A stretch of 64,000 nucleotides of DNA from a virus (IMGVR_UViG_3300001688_000696); one strand, 5' to 3'. Shown: positions 46,398 through 55,546, counted from the first letter of the stretch. Numbers and translations are program-made. The notes: generated by a model not told the origin, from the sequence alone.

Positions 46398-48089
46398 ATG
46401 AGGGATATTCTTTGGAAGCAAGCTGGAATACTGATTCTCCTACTGATTGCCTTATTTTTACTTTTCGACAATCAGCCCTCTCAAGTCGTCTATGCCGGTA
46501 GCGAAGCCTGCGGGTCGGGGCAGACCTGTTATTCTAGCTTCAGTTATTCGGATGTAACGTCATGTACGGCTGTTTATCGTTGTGCTGGTTGCAATCCTCT
46601 ATACCAGTGCAATAATGCTGGTACGACTACCAAAACCGCTTCGTGTAATACATCTAGCGGACACTGTGAAACATCCTATACCCGCTTTTACTGCGATGGG
46701 TACGGTTCACAAACGGGAAACTGCCCACGACTTACCACCACTGACAGCCGCGGTTGCTGCGGTTCTGGTGGCAGCGGCGGTGGCGGAGGAGGCGACAGTG
46801 GTGGCGGCAGTGGATGTACGATGGTCGTCCCCACCGGGCTAAAGGTTATCGGTACTCAAATTTCGTGGAATTCAATTCCTGGGGTAACGCAATATGATGT
46901 TCGCATCGATGATATGACTGCGAATGGCTGGAATGGTGATTGTGGTGCGCCATTATCCGGCGACTATTGTGTTAACCGATATGCCAGCACAACAATGTCA
47001 TGGAATTTTGTATCGGGGCATACATATCACGTGTGGGTACATGCCCGCATGTGTGGCGGCGTTACCGATGCGGTTCACCTAACCGGAGTGATGATTCTTC
47101 CGAAAGTAACCGGTATCAAAGTTACCTGTGCGGCTGATGCAAAAAAGGCGACTGTTACCTGGAATGCCATTAGTGGCGCAAGCCAATATCAGCTCCGGGT
47201 GAATGTTGACCCTGTATCACAGTGGGCGGGCTGTCCGGCTGCGGGCTGCGACCCAAACGATTATTCGAATTATTACACAACGAATTCGGCTACAATTTCA
47301 ACAACGCCCAATTCACCATTCCAGGTCAATGTCCAGGCTATAAAAAGCGGGGAAACGTATCCATACCCAGCGCCGTGGTCGGACTGGATTAGCGCCAAGT
47401 GTGTTCCTGCCACACCGACAAGGACGCCGACACGCACACCAACGCGGACTCCAACTCGCACACCAACGCGGACTCCGACTCGCACGCCGACACGCACGCC
47501 GACTCGTACTCAGCCGCCTCCGGCAACCAACACGCCGACCCGGACACCGACTTCGGCGGCAACCGCCACACCTTATCCAAATGAGATAGTTGGGTCTATC
47601 TCTGCTGGTTTGCTGCCCGCTTACCAATGGAACGCCAGAGATGCCGACCCGGTGCTGAACCTGCCCACTTTTAACTTGGAGGTTCGCAACTACTACTTGA
47701 CTGACAAGATTTACATCAAGTTGGATGCGCCAGTTGGCAATTTCTACACCTATGTCTTAACTGGTGATGATGTTACGGCTTTAGGGCTTCCTTATGATGC
47801 TGCGACACATACGCTGACATTGAACGCCACACCAGAACTCATGGATGCGATTGAAAGACAGGTCGGCGCAATGGATGGTCTTACACCGCTAAGTCGCTGC
47901 CCGGTTAACCGGAATCGGTTGTGTTGGGGAACAACAATTGGTTCAAAACGCGACGATACTTTCACCAAGCCATCAGATGCGATTGGTGAATGGACAATTT
48001 CGGTTTGGGCTGAACATATCAGCGGTGTCCAGTCAAACACAGTAACGGGCACGTATAGAGTTACCACAACGCTCATCGGAGAGCATTAG
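46398..48089 (+). CDS. secreted Cys-rich protein with Gly-rich and (PTRT)n linkers, FN3-like domains and shared C-terminal CWGTT domain
   Basis: ATG 46398 with RBS aaagga. Signal-like TM. Linkers GSGGSGGGGGGDSGGGSG and TPTRTPTRTPTRT. C-terminal PVNRNRLCWGTTIG...KPSDAIGEWTISV. Confidence 0.75.
   Translation: MRDILWKQAGILILLLIALFLLFDNQPSQVVYAGSEACGSGQTCYSSFSYSDVTSCTAVYRCAGCNPLYQCNNAGTTTKTASCNTSSGHCETSYTRFYCDGYGSQTGNCPRLTTTDSRGCCGSGGSGGGGGGDSGGGSGCTMVVPTGLKVIGTQISWNSIPGVTQYDVRIDDMTANGWNGDCGAPLSGDYCVNRYASTTMSWNFVSGHTYHVWVHARMCGGVTDAVHLTGVMILPKVTGIKVTCAADAKKATVTWNAISGASQYQLRVNVDPVSQWAGCPAAGCDPNDYSNYYTTNSATISTTPNSPFQVNVQAIKSGETYPYPAPWSDWISAKCVPATPTRTPTRTPTRTPTRTPTRTPTRTPTRTPTRTQPPPATNTPTRTPTSAATATPYPNEIVGSISAGLLPAYQWNARDADPVLNLPTFNLEVRNYYLTDKIYIKLDAPVGNFYTYVLTGDDVTALGLPYDAATHTLTLNATPELMDAIERQVGAMDGLTPLSRCPVNRNRLCWGTTIGSKRDDTFTKPSDAIGEWTISVWAEHISGVQSNTVTGTYRVTTTLIGEH
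47414..47510 (+). repeat. 12-nt tandem repeat (~8 units) encoding (PTRT)n
   Basis: ccgacacgcaca / ccaacgcggact units, read directly. Confidence 0.8.
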
Positions 48090-48098
48090 CCCTCAAAA

Positions 48099-48175
48099 AA
48101 GAAACCGCCCATCATCAAAAGGTGGGCGGTTTCTTTTTCTTATTAAAGAAAAAATGCCCTTGCGGGCATTTTTCG
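48099..48175 (+). terminator. two tandem intrinsic terminators
   Basis: gaaaccgccca...tgggcggtttc + T, then atgccc ttgc gggcat + T. Confidence 0.75.
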
Positions 48176-48177
48176 AG

Positions 48178-48490
48178 ATGTGCGGACTAGGCGCGTCCCC
48201 GCTCCATCTCACGCCGGAATAGCCACGGCTTTCAGGACTCTGCCTCTCGTGGACTTGCCTTCACCGACGTACCGAGCACACCATGGTTCCACCGCACTGT
48301 CCGATAAGGCAGACCTTACGGTCTTCGAAACCTTATCGTAAGGCAAACATCTCCGCGGGGCATCTAACCGGATTTAGTTTGCCATGCCTCCGAGTTCGCG
48401 TAACCGCGCCCTACCTCGGAGTGTCCTCGACCCCACACCCGGCAAGTATCGTAGTTATCGGTGTCCTACGCATTCCGACTTCCGGACTTA
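48178..48490. ncRNA. GC-rich highly structured non-coding region (candidate structured RNA, family unknown)
   Basis: Multiple nested helices, e.g. ccgataagg[c agacc ttac ggtct tcgaaa]ccttatcg, and cctccgag[ttcgcg taac cgcg]...ctcggag. No credible ORF. Strand undetermined. Confidence 0.3.
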
Positions 48491-48792
48491 TCTGTTTGTA
48501 AGGTTCTGAATTGATATATTTATTATACATGCTTTTTTGCGAATTGTCAAGAGCGAAAATGCATTTAATGCCAATTCATTCGAGATTTTTTCTCGAATTG
48601 CGAATGAGATTTCCGCCCGGATTGCCGGTGAAATCGTTTTTTTTAGTGGAATGTGGAAAATGCACTCGGCGGAGCAAAGAAAGCGCCAGGGAAATGGGGA
48701 GCGTCCGTTCATGGTAGCGCCAGCCCATATCACGCGCTGTTGCAAAGGACTAACAGCGCCAAGTTTCGTGCGTGGTTTGGTGACAGCAAAAT

Positions 48793-48825
48793 AAAAAGAC
48801 CAGCGGTTTGCTGGTCTTTTTTTTC
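48793..48825. terminator. bidirectional intrinsic terminator
   Basis: agaccagc ggtt gctggtct + T8. Confidence 0.8.
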
Positions 48826-48838
48826 AAAAGTTGCTGCA

Positions 48839-49912
48839 TCAATCCGCATCGAAATTTAGCAACTGTTCGATTTTGTCCGCCACTTCCGGGCTGATGACTT
48901 TAGCGATTTGTTCCTTCAAACTTAAATCATCCCATTCGCACATAAGCTCGGCGCGCCTTTCTTCAGCGCCTTCGCCATAAATAGTGGAAAAGTTTGCCCG
49001 ATGGATGGAGTAGATAATTTTTTCGAGTTCCAAAACATTGATATGCGGCTTTGTTGGGATATTAGAAACTCCATAGTCAACCAGGTCATATGGTGTGATA
49101 TTCCCAAAGCTGAAGTGCTGCCGCTCGCCGTTCTCGACAAAAAAATTAACCCGCTCATTCATACTGTTGATGAAATAGGAATAGCCGTTTTTTTCTGTCA
49201 AAATCCGGTCGAACTCATCGCTGACCTCTTTGACCTTCTGGATATATCTATCAACCTTGCTTCCATAGCATTTCTTTGCAGCGAAAGCCATCCGCCCGTT
49301 ATGTCCGAAATCTCCGCCAATAGAATGCAAATCAATGCCAAGCTGGGTCATGGCGATTTTGTCGCCGTAATTCAGGGCGTACTCACGGATTTCGTCACCG
49401 GATGCGTTCCGGGGCAGGCGGGGTATCCACCAGCGTTTTGTGTTTTTGCCAATCTTTTTCCATCCTTGACCTTTGATGAAATAATCCGGGTCGCTCGCTT
49501 CAACCGGGATGTACTGCTGCGTACTCTTATCGTAAACAGCCAGAATTTCCTTTTCTGTGACCGTTGCCATGCCATTCGGCCAAAAGTTTCCCCTGACACC
49601 ATCGGTATCTTTTTCCGGGTCATATTTCCGCCGTTCCACGCCGCGCAACTGGCGGAACTGGTTGACCATTTTCAATTCCAGCAAAGCAAATGGCTTTTTG
49701 GCAAAATCATCCTTTTCCAACTTGCCATATTCAGAACGAACCATCTCGATAATGGCTTCAAGCGTTTGTGGGTCTTTGATATTTGCGGTTGCCGCAGAGA
49801 GATTGTCAACGCTGAAATTCAGTGCCTTATCCAGCTCCGCCCACATCGCTATATCTTCATCAGAACGGTGGGTTTCAAAATTCTTTTTGAATTCCTGATA
49901 AGCTTTTTGCAA
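48839..49912 (-). CDS. hypothetical protein; N-terminal part separated in another frame (50063..49966) by a homopolymer frame change
   Basis: Main ORF has only a TTG start. Upstream ORF MKCRKQVKELQKTFASSGTMVAKAAALKGEKVR* has RBS aagga. They meet at ctgaagggggaaaaagta (G5A5; plus strand T5C5 at 49973-49982). Deleting one G gives ...AALKGKKYDNEALKFFAGYL... in frame. Same orientation as, and directly downstream of, the methyltransferase at 50116. Confidence 0.6.
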   Translation of the reverse strand: MQKAYQEFKKNFETHRSDEDIAMWAELDKALNFSVDNLSAATANIKDPQTLEAIIEMVRSEYGKLEKDDFAKKPFALLELKMVNQFRQLRGVERRKYDPEKDTDGVRGNFWPNGMATVTEKEILAVYDKSTQQYIPVEASDPDYFIKGQGWKKIGKNTKRWWIPRLPRNASGDEIREYALNYGDKIAMTQLGIDLHSIGGDFGHNGRMAFAAKKCYGSKVDRYIQKVKEVSDEFDRILTEKNGYSYFINSMNERVNFFVENGERQHFSFGNITPYDLVDYGVSNIPTKPHINVLELEKIIYSIHRANFSTIYGEGAEERRAELMCEWDDLSLKEQIAKVISPEVADKIEQLLNFDAD

Positions 49913-50115
49913 AGCTGCACTATAAACGGGCAGATAGCCAGCGAAAAATTTCAGCGCCTCGTTATCGTACTTTTTCCCCCTTCAGCGCGGCAGCCTTAGC
50001 AACCATAGTGCCGGAACTGGCGAAGGTTTTCTGCAACTCTTTAACTTGCTTACGACATTTCATGATTTTTTATCCTTTGATATTTGGATGATAGCAAGCA
50101 AAAAGCCGCCTATTT

Positions 50116-50874
50116 TCAGGCGGCCTTTTCCAGTCTATTTTTTGCCAGCTCAAACGAAGTCGGGTCAATTTCAACCCCGATAAAATTTCTACCAGTCTGT
50201 CTGGCAACCAGACCGGTTGTACCCGAACCCATAAACGGGTCAAGGACGGTCACGCCGACCCAACTGTACAGCTTGATGCAGCGGTAGGGGAGTTCTTCCG
50301 GGAAGGGAGCGTTGTGCCCCAACACATTTTTTCCTTTTGAATTGATTTTGACCTTGCCGGGGAACGACCAGACCGATTTGGTGAATTTTGCAAATTCTTC
50401 TTTGGTCAGGTCGCTGACGCCTTTCGTCATCAACTTTCGCTGCATCTTATAAAACACGAAAACAAACTCATGGTCAGGTCGCACCGATGGGCAGGACGGA
50501 GATTTAAACGACCCCCATGCAGTGCTACCTACATGGTTCGGCTTGTACCAGATGTGAGTTGCCCGCCACATCCAGCCAAGATGAATGATTTTGGGAAACA
50601 GCTCCCAGATATTCCAGCGGTTTTCGCCGTTACTGGTGCTTTCAGGCAGGTTCAGGCACAGCCGGCCACCCGGCTTTGTCACCCGGTAAATCTCAGCCAA
50701 ACGCTCCAGCAGCCAACAGAAATAAGTGGTCGCCGAACGGTTGTCGTCAAAAGTTTTGTAATCTATCCCTACGTTGTAGGGTGGACTGGTCACAGTCAGG
50801 TCAACCGTGTCGGCTGGCAGCCCCTTCAGAATATCCAGGCAATCTCCCAAATAAAGTTGGCATGTCGTCGTCAT
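50116..50874 (-). CDS. DNA methyltransferase, beta-class N6A/N4C
   Basis: N-terminal LTVTSPPYNVGIDY. C-terminal DPFMGSGTTGLVARQTGRNFIGVEID. Confidence 0.9.
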   Translation of the reverse strand: MTTTCQLYLGDCLDILKGLPADTVDLTVTSPPYNVGIDYKTFDDNRSATTYFCWLLERLAEIYRVTKPGGRLCLNLPESTSNGENRWNIWELFPKIIHLGWMWRATHIWYKPNHVGSTAWGSFKSPSCPSVRPDHEFVFVFYKMQRKLMTKGVSDLTKEEFAKFTKSVWSFPGKVKINSKGKNVLGHNAPFPEELPYRCIKLYSWVGVTVLDPFMGSGTTGLVARQTGRNFIGVEIDPTSFELAKNRLEKAA

Positions 50875-51016
50875 TTAAAGCTCCCATCTTTCCCGGTTGT
50901 CTTGCGCATGGGGAAGACGGGGAGCGCCAGGGATGAACAATTTTTGAAAACTGGCTGCTGTGGTTTGTTGTTAAAGGAAGTGACCGCCTTCAAGCAGGCG
51001 GCGACTTTTATTGAGA

Positions 51017-51490
51017 TTACAATGCTGTAAGCCGGTATTCCAGCACCGAAACGCTCCGCCCGGCAAGCCCGATTTGGGCGGTCTCCTGCCAGCCTCGTTT
51101 CTGAAACCAGTCCGCATGGTTGGCTGTCCAAAGGTACAGCCGGTGGCGGTTCAATTCACGAGCGGTTTCGCAAACGGCATCAAGGAAAGAAGTCTCAATT
51201 CCCTGACCCCGGTACTTCGGGAAAATATAAAAGGACAGCCACGGCTTCAGATGAGAAAATCCGGGCAAATCATCCGTCGGTGTAATATATGCAAAACCGC
51301 ACAGCTTTTTTCCATCGAGGGCTATCAAGGTCAGAGGGAGTTCAATTTTGTTACGGCTGTGCCGGAAACCTCTAGCTACACGTTCAATTCTCATTTGCGG
51401 AATAAATGGTTTTCGTTTTTTATAAAAAGCCAGAGAAATTGGAAATGTGTGTTCTGGATAATCGCTAAGATATTCAACGGTGATAGTCAT
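51017..51490 (-). CDS. GNAT family N-acetyltransferase
   Basis: FYIFPKYRGQGIETSFLDAVCETARE motif A (RxxGxG/A). Size 157 aa. Confidence 0.8.
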   Translation of the reverse strand: MTITVEYLSDYPEHTFPISLAFYKKRKPFIPQMRIERVARGFRHSRNKIELPLTLIALDGKKLCGFAYITPTDDLPGFSHLKPWLSFYIFPKYRGQGIETSFLDAVCETARELNRHRLYLWTANHADWFQKRGWQETAQIGLAGRSVSVLEYRLTAL

Positions 51491-51582
51491 ATGTTTATAT
51501 GATAGAAAATAGCGCTCACCTCTAAATAGCGCCCAATTGTCTAGACCTATAATAGAAATAAATATTGTGTGGAAGGACAGAG

Positions 51583-51834
51583 ATGAAGATGCAGAATCAA
51601 CTCAATATCGCTTTGGACGATGCGGCTGGTTGGGCGAGGCATTACCGGGAAACCGGGCAGTATCCGCCAGCCGGTGCGGTCATCAACTGGCAGGTGACTG
51701 TTTATGACCCGGAAGAGAACCAAATTGCGAAATGGACAATTGAAGGGCGCACGCAGCAGGAAGCTGCTGCGGAAGCGGAAGCCGATATTTTTTATATCAC
51801 TGATGCGGACGATTGGACGCTGGTTCCGGCGTAG
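51583..51834 (+). CDS. hypothetical protein (83 aa)
   Basis: RBS aaggacag. -10 TATAAT at 51548-53. Terminator follows. Confidence 0.55.
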   Translation: MKMQNQLNIALDDAAGWARHYRETGQYPPAGAVINWQVTVYDPEENQIAKWTIEGRTQQEAAAEAEADIFYITDADDWTLVPA

Positions 51835-51854
51835 CTTATATTTTGCGCCACCAC

Positions 51855-51884
51855 AAAAAAGACCGGGCTGACCGGTCTTTTTTG
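51855..51884. terminator. bidirectional intrinsic terminator
   Basis: aaaaaagaccgg gctga ccggtctttttt. Confidence 0.8.
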
Positions 51885-51899
51885 TCAACTGGATACGGT

Positions 51900-52223
51900 T
51901 CAATAACTGCTTCCTCTGCAAAACTTCACCACATCGATGTGGATAGTGTTATCCGGGACGATTTCATCCAGCTTGGTAATCCCCCATTCACAGCCCTGAA
52001 TGAGCCAATCTTTCAAAGTGTCAAGCGACCGCTGGAAAATATCCCCCGCTTCGTTTGTTGGGGTGTTGAGAACGGCAGGGAACAGCAGGATAATGATGAC
52101 CCCGGCGATAATCGTTGCCCCAATCACAGCTTTTGCCGCCTTCAGCAAAATTTCCGCAAGAACCAGCACAATCATCAAAACAAATACGCCAATCACAATC
52201 GTTGGTAGATAATCGCCTAACAT
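51900..52223 (-). CDS. small two-TM membrane protein (107 aa), holin-like topology
   Basis: ATG 52223 with RBS aaggag. Two hydrophobic helices followed by a charged tail. Confidence 0.5.
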   Translation of the reverse strand: MLGDYLPTIVIGVFVLMIVLVLAEILLKAAKAVIGATIIAGVIIILLFPAVLNTPTNEAGDIFQRSLDTLKDWLIQGCEWGITKLDEIVPDNTIHIDVVKFCRGSSY

Positions 52224-52389
52224 AATGCCTTTTCTCCTTGTGTTTATTGTTACTAACAAGACGCGTAAAACCGAATATTGGCATAAAACGGCGAAATTGC
52301 TTTTTGCCAGTTTGCTATCATCGAACTGCGCGCCGAACTTTTTAAACATCATAGTGTCGACAAATATTTATGTTGTGGGGAGTTCGAGA

Positions 52390-52803
52390 ATGGACTTGCA
52401 GGAATTTTGTGACTTAATTGATTTTCAGGCAAACCGGTGCGTTTTGAGCTATTTCGGACTGAAGCCGTATGTCAACCGGAAGGGAAAATCCATCTTGTGC
52501 TGCTGGTTCCACTTCGATATTGAAGGACACGACCGTTATCAGGCGGTTGAACTGCCTGCCATTAACCCTTCCAATGGCGAGCCGATTTATATGGGAGAGG
52601 TTGGCAGCCCGTTCATGAACTACTTTACCGAAGGCATGGAAGGCTTTGTGTTGGAAAGCATCGAAACGCCTTTCCCCGAGCTGGATGAAAACTTCATCGT
52701 ACTGATTGTTGCACCGTCACCGGAGGCGACGGCAAAAGAACATCGCATGTACAATTTGCACAGGGATGCGGTTTTGCGGGCAGAGCTGTTCGAGAAGGAT
52801 TAG
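52390..52803 (+). CDS. hypothetical protein (137 aa)
   Basis: ATG 52390 with RBS ggggag. Confidence 0.55.
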   Translation: MDLQEFCDLIDFQANRCVLSYFGLKPYVNRKGKSILCCWFHFDIEGHDRYQAVELPAINPSNGEPIYMGEVGSPFMNYFTEGMEGFVLESIETPFPELDENFIVLIVAPSPEATAKEHRMYNLHRDAVLRAELFEKD

Positions 52804-52936
52804 CGCAAATCGTCCCGAAAACGCCACTTCTCGTCCATGAAAAAAACAGAATCCCCTTGAATTTTCAAAAATATTGTGCCATACTAATTATACAAAATAA
52901 GATTGCTTTTGACAGGGGATAATAAATAACAGGCAG

Positions 52937-53113
52937 AATGACGAACTCAACACGCAGGAAGCGACCGAATTGGCTCAGGTTTACGGCGTACAGGCTACTC
53001 CGCAGTCGATTTGGTACGCAGCCTACAGCGGTTATCTTCCCGGCGCGGTGCGGAACGGTTCTGATTATCGCATCCCGGTCAATAGACTGATGAATTACAT
53101 CCGCCCGCAGTAG
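52937..53113 (+). pseudogene. excisionase/AlpA-family HTH DNA-binding ORF lacking an in-frame canonical start
   Basis: Frame translation NDELNTQEATELAQVYGVQATPQSIWYAAYSGYLPGAVRNGSDYRIPVNRLMNYIRPQ* fits the excisionase-family HTH pattern. The frame opens at 52913 with no ATG, GTG or TTG before the HTH. An ATG at 52938 lies one nucleotide out of this frame. Confidence 0.45.
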
Positions 53114-53229
53114 GGCGGCCTTATCCTGACTTTTTGCCCGCCAGATATTCTGACGGGTTTTGTTTTGGGAACAAAAAATGTAGTTATTTCGCCTTATTTA
53201 AATAACACAATTGTGAAGGAGAAACATCT

Positions 53230-53655
53230 ATGAGGTCTTACTTTCGTTTTGCTATTTTCGTTATGATTTTCGTTTTCCTGGCGGCATGTCAAGCGCGGCC
53301 TGAAGCGACTCTGCCGGTAGAACCAGAACCAACCGCGGAGGATTTGCCCGCGCTTATCACCTCGATTACCCCCGAAGAAGTCGCGCCGGTCGTAGATGCC
53401 AAAACTGGCAAGGTCAGCGTGCTGTTTAGCGGGTACATGGGGGCGTGCGAGACTCTGAATATCGTTGTATCCAAACCGGACGAGAACAACCGCATCAATG
53501 CAAAGGTCTACACGGTCAACGAAAATCCCGAACAAGTTTGCATCGAAATTGCGCTGAAGTTTGACAAAATCATAGAGTTGGGCACCCTCACTCCGGGCGA
53601 GTACAGCATCCTAGTCAACGATACAGACCAGATTATCAGCTTTATTGTCGAATAG
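53230..53655 (+). CDS. lipoprotein (LAAC), hypothetical
   Basis: RBS aaggag. Signal + lipobox. Confidence 0.7.
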   Translation: MRSYFRFAIFVMIFVFLAACQARPEATLPVEPEPTAEDLPALITSITPEEVAPVVDAKTGKVSVLFSGYMGACETLNIVVSKPDENNRINAKVYTVNENPEQVCIEIALKFDKIIELGTLTPGEYSILVNDTDQIISFIVE

Positions 53656-53675
53656 ACCATATCCCAACAGGCACA

Positions 53676-53711
53676 AAAGCGGCGGTACTTAGCCGCCGTT
53701 TTTCTTTTTAA
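53676..53711 (+). terminator. intrinsic terminator
   Basis: gcggcgg tactta gccgccg + T-run. Confidence 0.8.
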
Positions 53712-53777
53712 GTGCAAAAACGCCCTGGCATCCGTTCCCATTCGTCTTTTTGAAAACGAATATCTGCCGAGGTCAAC

Positions 53778-54977
53778 ATGGAGTGCAAAAACCGGATAAA
53801 ACATGCAGTTGAGCGAGTAAAAGAAAGCGGCGGAGTGAATGCCGAGCAAAGTAAGGCTCTGGACGAACTGTTTTCCCCGTTTTCCAGTTTTACAGACGTG
53901 CGCAGGTACATTCTCGCAAAGGAAAACCTGCGCCGCAGCAACAATTCATGGCGCGTGTTTCAAGCCCTGCTGTTTACCGCCCAAATAGATGCAGAGATAA
54001 AAGAACAGTACCAAAAAGTTATCGAGGAGATGATTGGCGCGCTCAAAGATTATCTGGACGGGGCGAACAGTGATTACGAATATGCGACCGTTCTCAAAGA
54101 CCTGCTTTCCAGCCTGCACAACAGCCAGAAATTTTTTGCCAATGGGCAGGAAGTTTATCTTTCCCGTTCCGAATTTGACCAGCTCACTGAAATGCTTCCG
54201 AAGCTGGAAAAGAAAGTCAAGGAAGATTACGGAAACAGCCTGTGTGTGACGCGGTGCAAAAAGTGTGGCTGGCAAATTGGCATCCCCAAAAAATACGGAA
54301 TTCATGGAATGAACGATGTGGATGCCTGTCCCAACTGCACGCCTGGACTTCCGGTAAGCACCCGCTGCGAGCAGGAGAGCGGAGACAACTATCTGGTTGG
54401 TAAGTTCGGTGTTTTCTATCTGGACAGGAAGCCCTACCCGTACCTCCATGAGGTCAAAAAAATTGTCCCAATACCGAAAAAAGTTAACTTTACACCCCGT
54501 GACCACCAAAAAGGGCGGATGTATAGTGCAGAGGCCAGATGTGAAATTAAGCAGGATGGCATCCAGTTTCAAAGTTTGGAAGAAATGCAGGCGTATACAG
54601 ATGAACTGGTCTCATCCGATGAATTCCGCAAGCAGTTCGGGGGCGTTGGGCATTTATCGGTGATAAGCAATGAAAACCGAAGCGAATCCTATGCCATGGT
54701 GGATAGCGGCATCATTGCCATTGCCAATTCCATGAAAAATGAATACGTACTTCTGCACGAAATTGCCCACCACATCCTGTGGAACCAGCCGACTTACATC
54801 AAAAATAACCAGCAGCAGCACGGAGCGCTGTACGCCTATATTTTGCTGAAACTCGTGCGCATGAAAATGGGAGACCGTGTGGCAGACAAGCTGGCGAAGG
54901 CTTTTGACGAAGGAAAAGTCAAGTGGCGGGAAGGCAAGCCATTGTTTGATGAAATGCAGCAGGTTATCGTTTATTGA
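53778..54977 (+). CDS. SprT/Wss1-like HExxH protein with Cys4 Zn-ribbon; paralog of 12740..13975
   Basis: LLHEIAHHIL...HGALYAY. Ribbon CKKCGW...CPNCTPG. C-terminal KAFDEGKVKWREGK. RBS gaggt. Confidence 0.7.
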   Translation: MECKNRIKHAVERVKESGGVNAEQSKALDELFSPFSSFTDVRRYILAKENLRRSNNSWRVFQALLFTAQIDAEIKEQYQKVIEEMIGALKDYLDGANSDYEYATVLKDLLSSLHNSQKFFANGQEVYLSRSEFDQLTEMLPKLEKKVKEDYGNSLCVTRCKKCGWQIGIPKKYGIHGMNDVDACPNCTPGLPVSTRCEQESGDNYLVGKFGVFYLDRKPYPYLHEVKKIVPIPKKVNFTPRDHQKGRMYSAEARCEIKQDGIQFQSLEEMQAYTDELVSSDEFRKQFGGVGHLSVISNENRSESYAMVDSGIIAIANSMKNEYVLLHEIAHHILWNQPTYIKNNQQQHGALYAYILLKLVRMKMGDRVADKLAKAFDEGKVKWREGKPLFDEMQQVIVY

Positions 54978-55023
54978 CCAATTTAGTTGAAAACACCTCG
55001 CATCTCAGCAAGAAGTTTACATC

Positions 55024-55058
55024 AAAAAACCGAGTCCAAAATCGGACTCGTTTTTTGT
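55024..55058. terminator. bidirectional intrinsic terminator
   Basis: cgagtcc aaaatc ggactcg + T6. Confidence 0.8.
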
Positions 55059-55085
55059 TTTTTGGTGCTGCCGGTAAATTTCAGG

Positions 55086-55340
55086 TCACTCGATTAGCGC
55101 CAGCTCGGGGATTTCGCCTTCGATGCGCAGCCTGCCCTGCGCTAAATAGTGGTTGACCAAATTTCGCCCCATTCGCCAGTCTTCTCCGGCATTAGGACTG
55201 GACGGCGGGTGTTTAACGATTAAATATCGTGTCGTCCAGCCGACAAATTCCATCTCTTGTTCCGGTGATGAATCATCTGCCATAAAAAAAATTTTCGGAT
55301 TTTGTGACACAGGGATAATTTCGTCGGAATAGCTAGTCAT
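55086..55340 (-). CDS. hypothetical protein (84 aa)
   Basis: RBS aggag. Confidence 0.55.
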   Translation of the reverse strand: MTSYSDEIIPVSQNPKIFFMADDSSPEQEMEFVGWTTRYLIVKHPPSSPNAGEDWRMGRNLVNHYLAQGRLRIEGEIPELALIE

Positions 55341-55515
55341 GGCGGCATTTCTCCTGCTTATCGAGATGGTCTAACCGTGGTTGCCCGCTAGAAACTGCTT
55401 TTCGGAAATTCATTATAATAATACTGCAAAATTGTCGTTTCAGTCGCCGGGCTGCCTATTTTGCAATTCGGACGGAATCGCCTGTGTTTGTAATCGTGCG
55501 GCACAACTTCTTGAA

Positions 55516-55546
55516 GAAAAAATCCGGCACTTGGCCGGATTTTTTG
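55516..55546. terminator. bidirectional intrinsic terminator
   Basis: aaaaaatccggc acttg gccggatttttt. Confidence 0.8.

Noticed and set aside
48178-48490. RNase P RNA, SRP RNA or tmRNA identity for the structured block
   Set aside because: The conserved signatures are absent on either strand by eye: GGAAAGUCCGGGCUCC for RNase P, GGUCCGGAAGGAAGCAGCC for SRP, and the tmRNA tag ORF and tRNA-like ends. It is left as unclassified.
49001-49999. 332-aa plus-strand ORF
   Set aside because: It is antisense to a far more protein-like minus-strand ORF (48839..49912). It is hydrophobic and low-complexity with no RBS, so I treat it as a shadow ORF.
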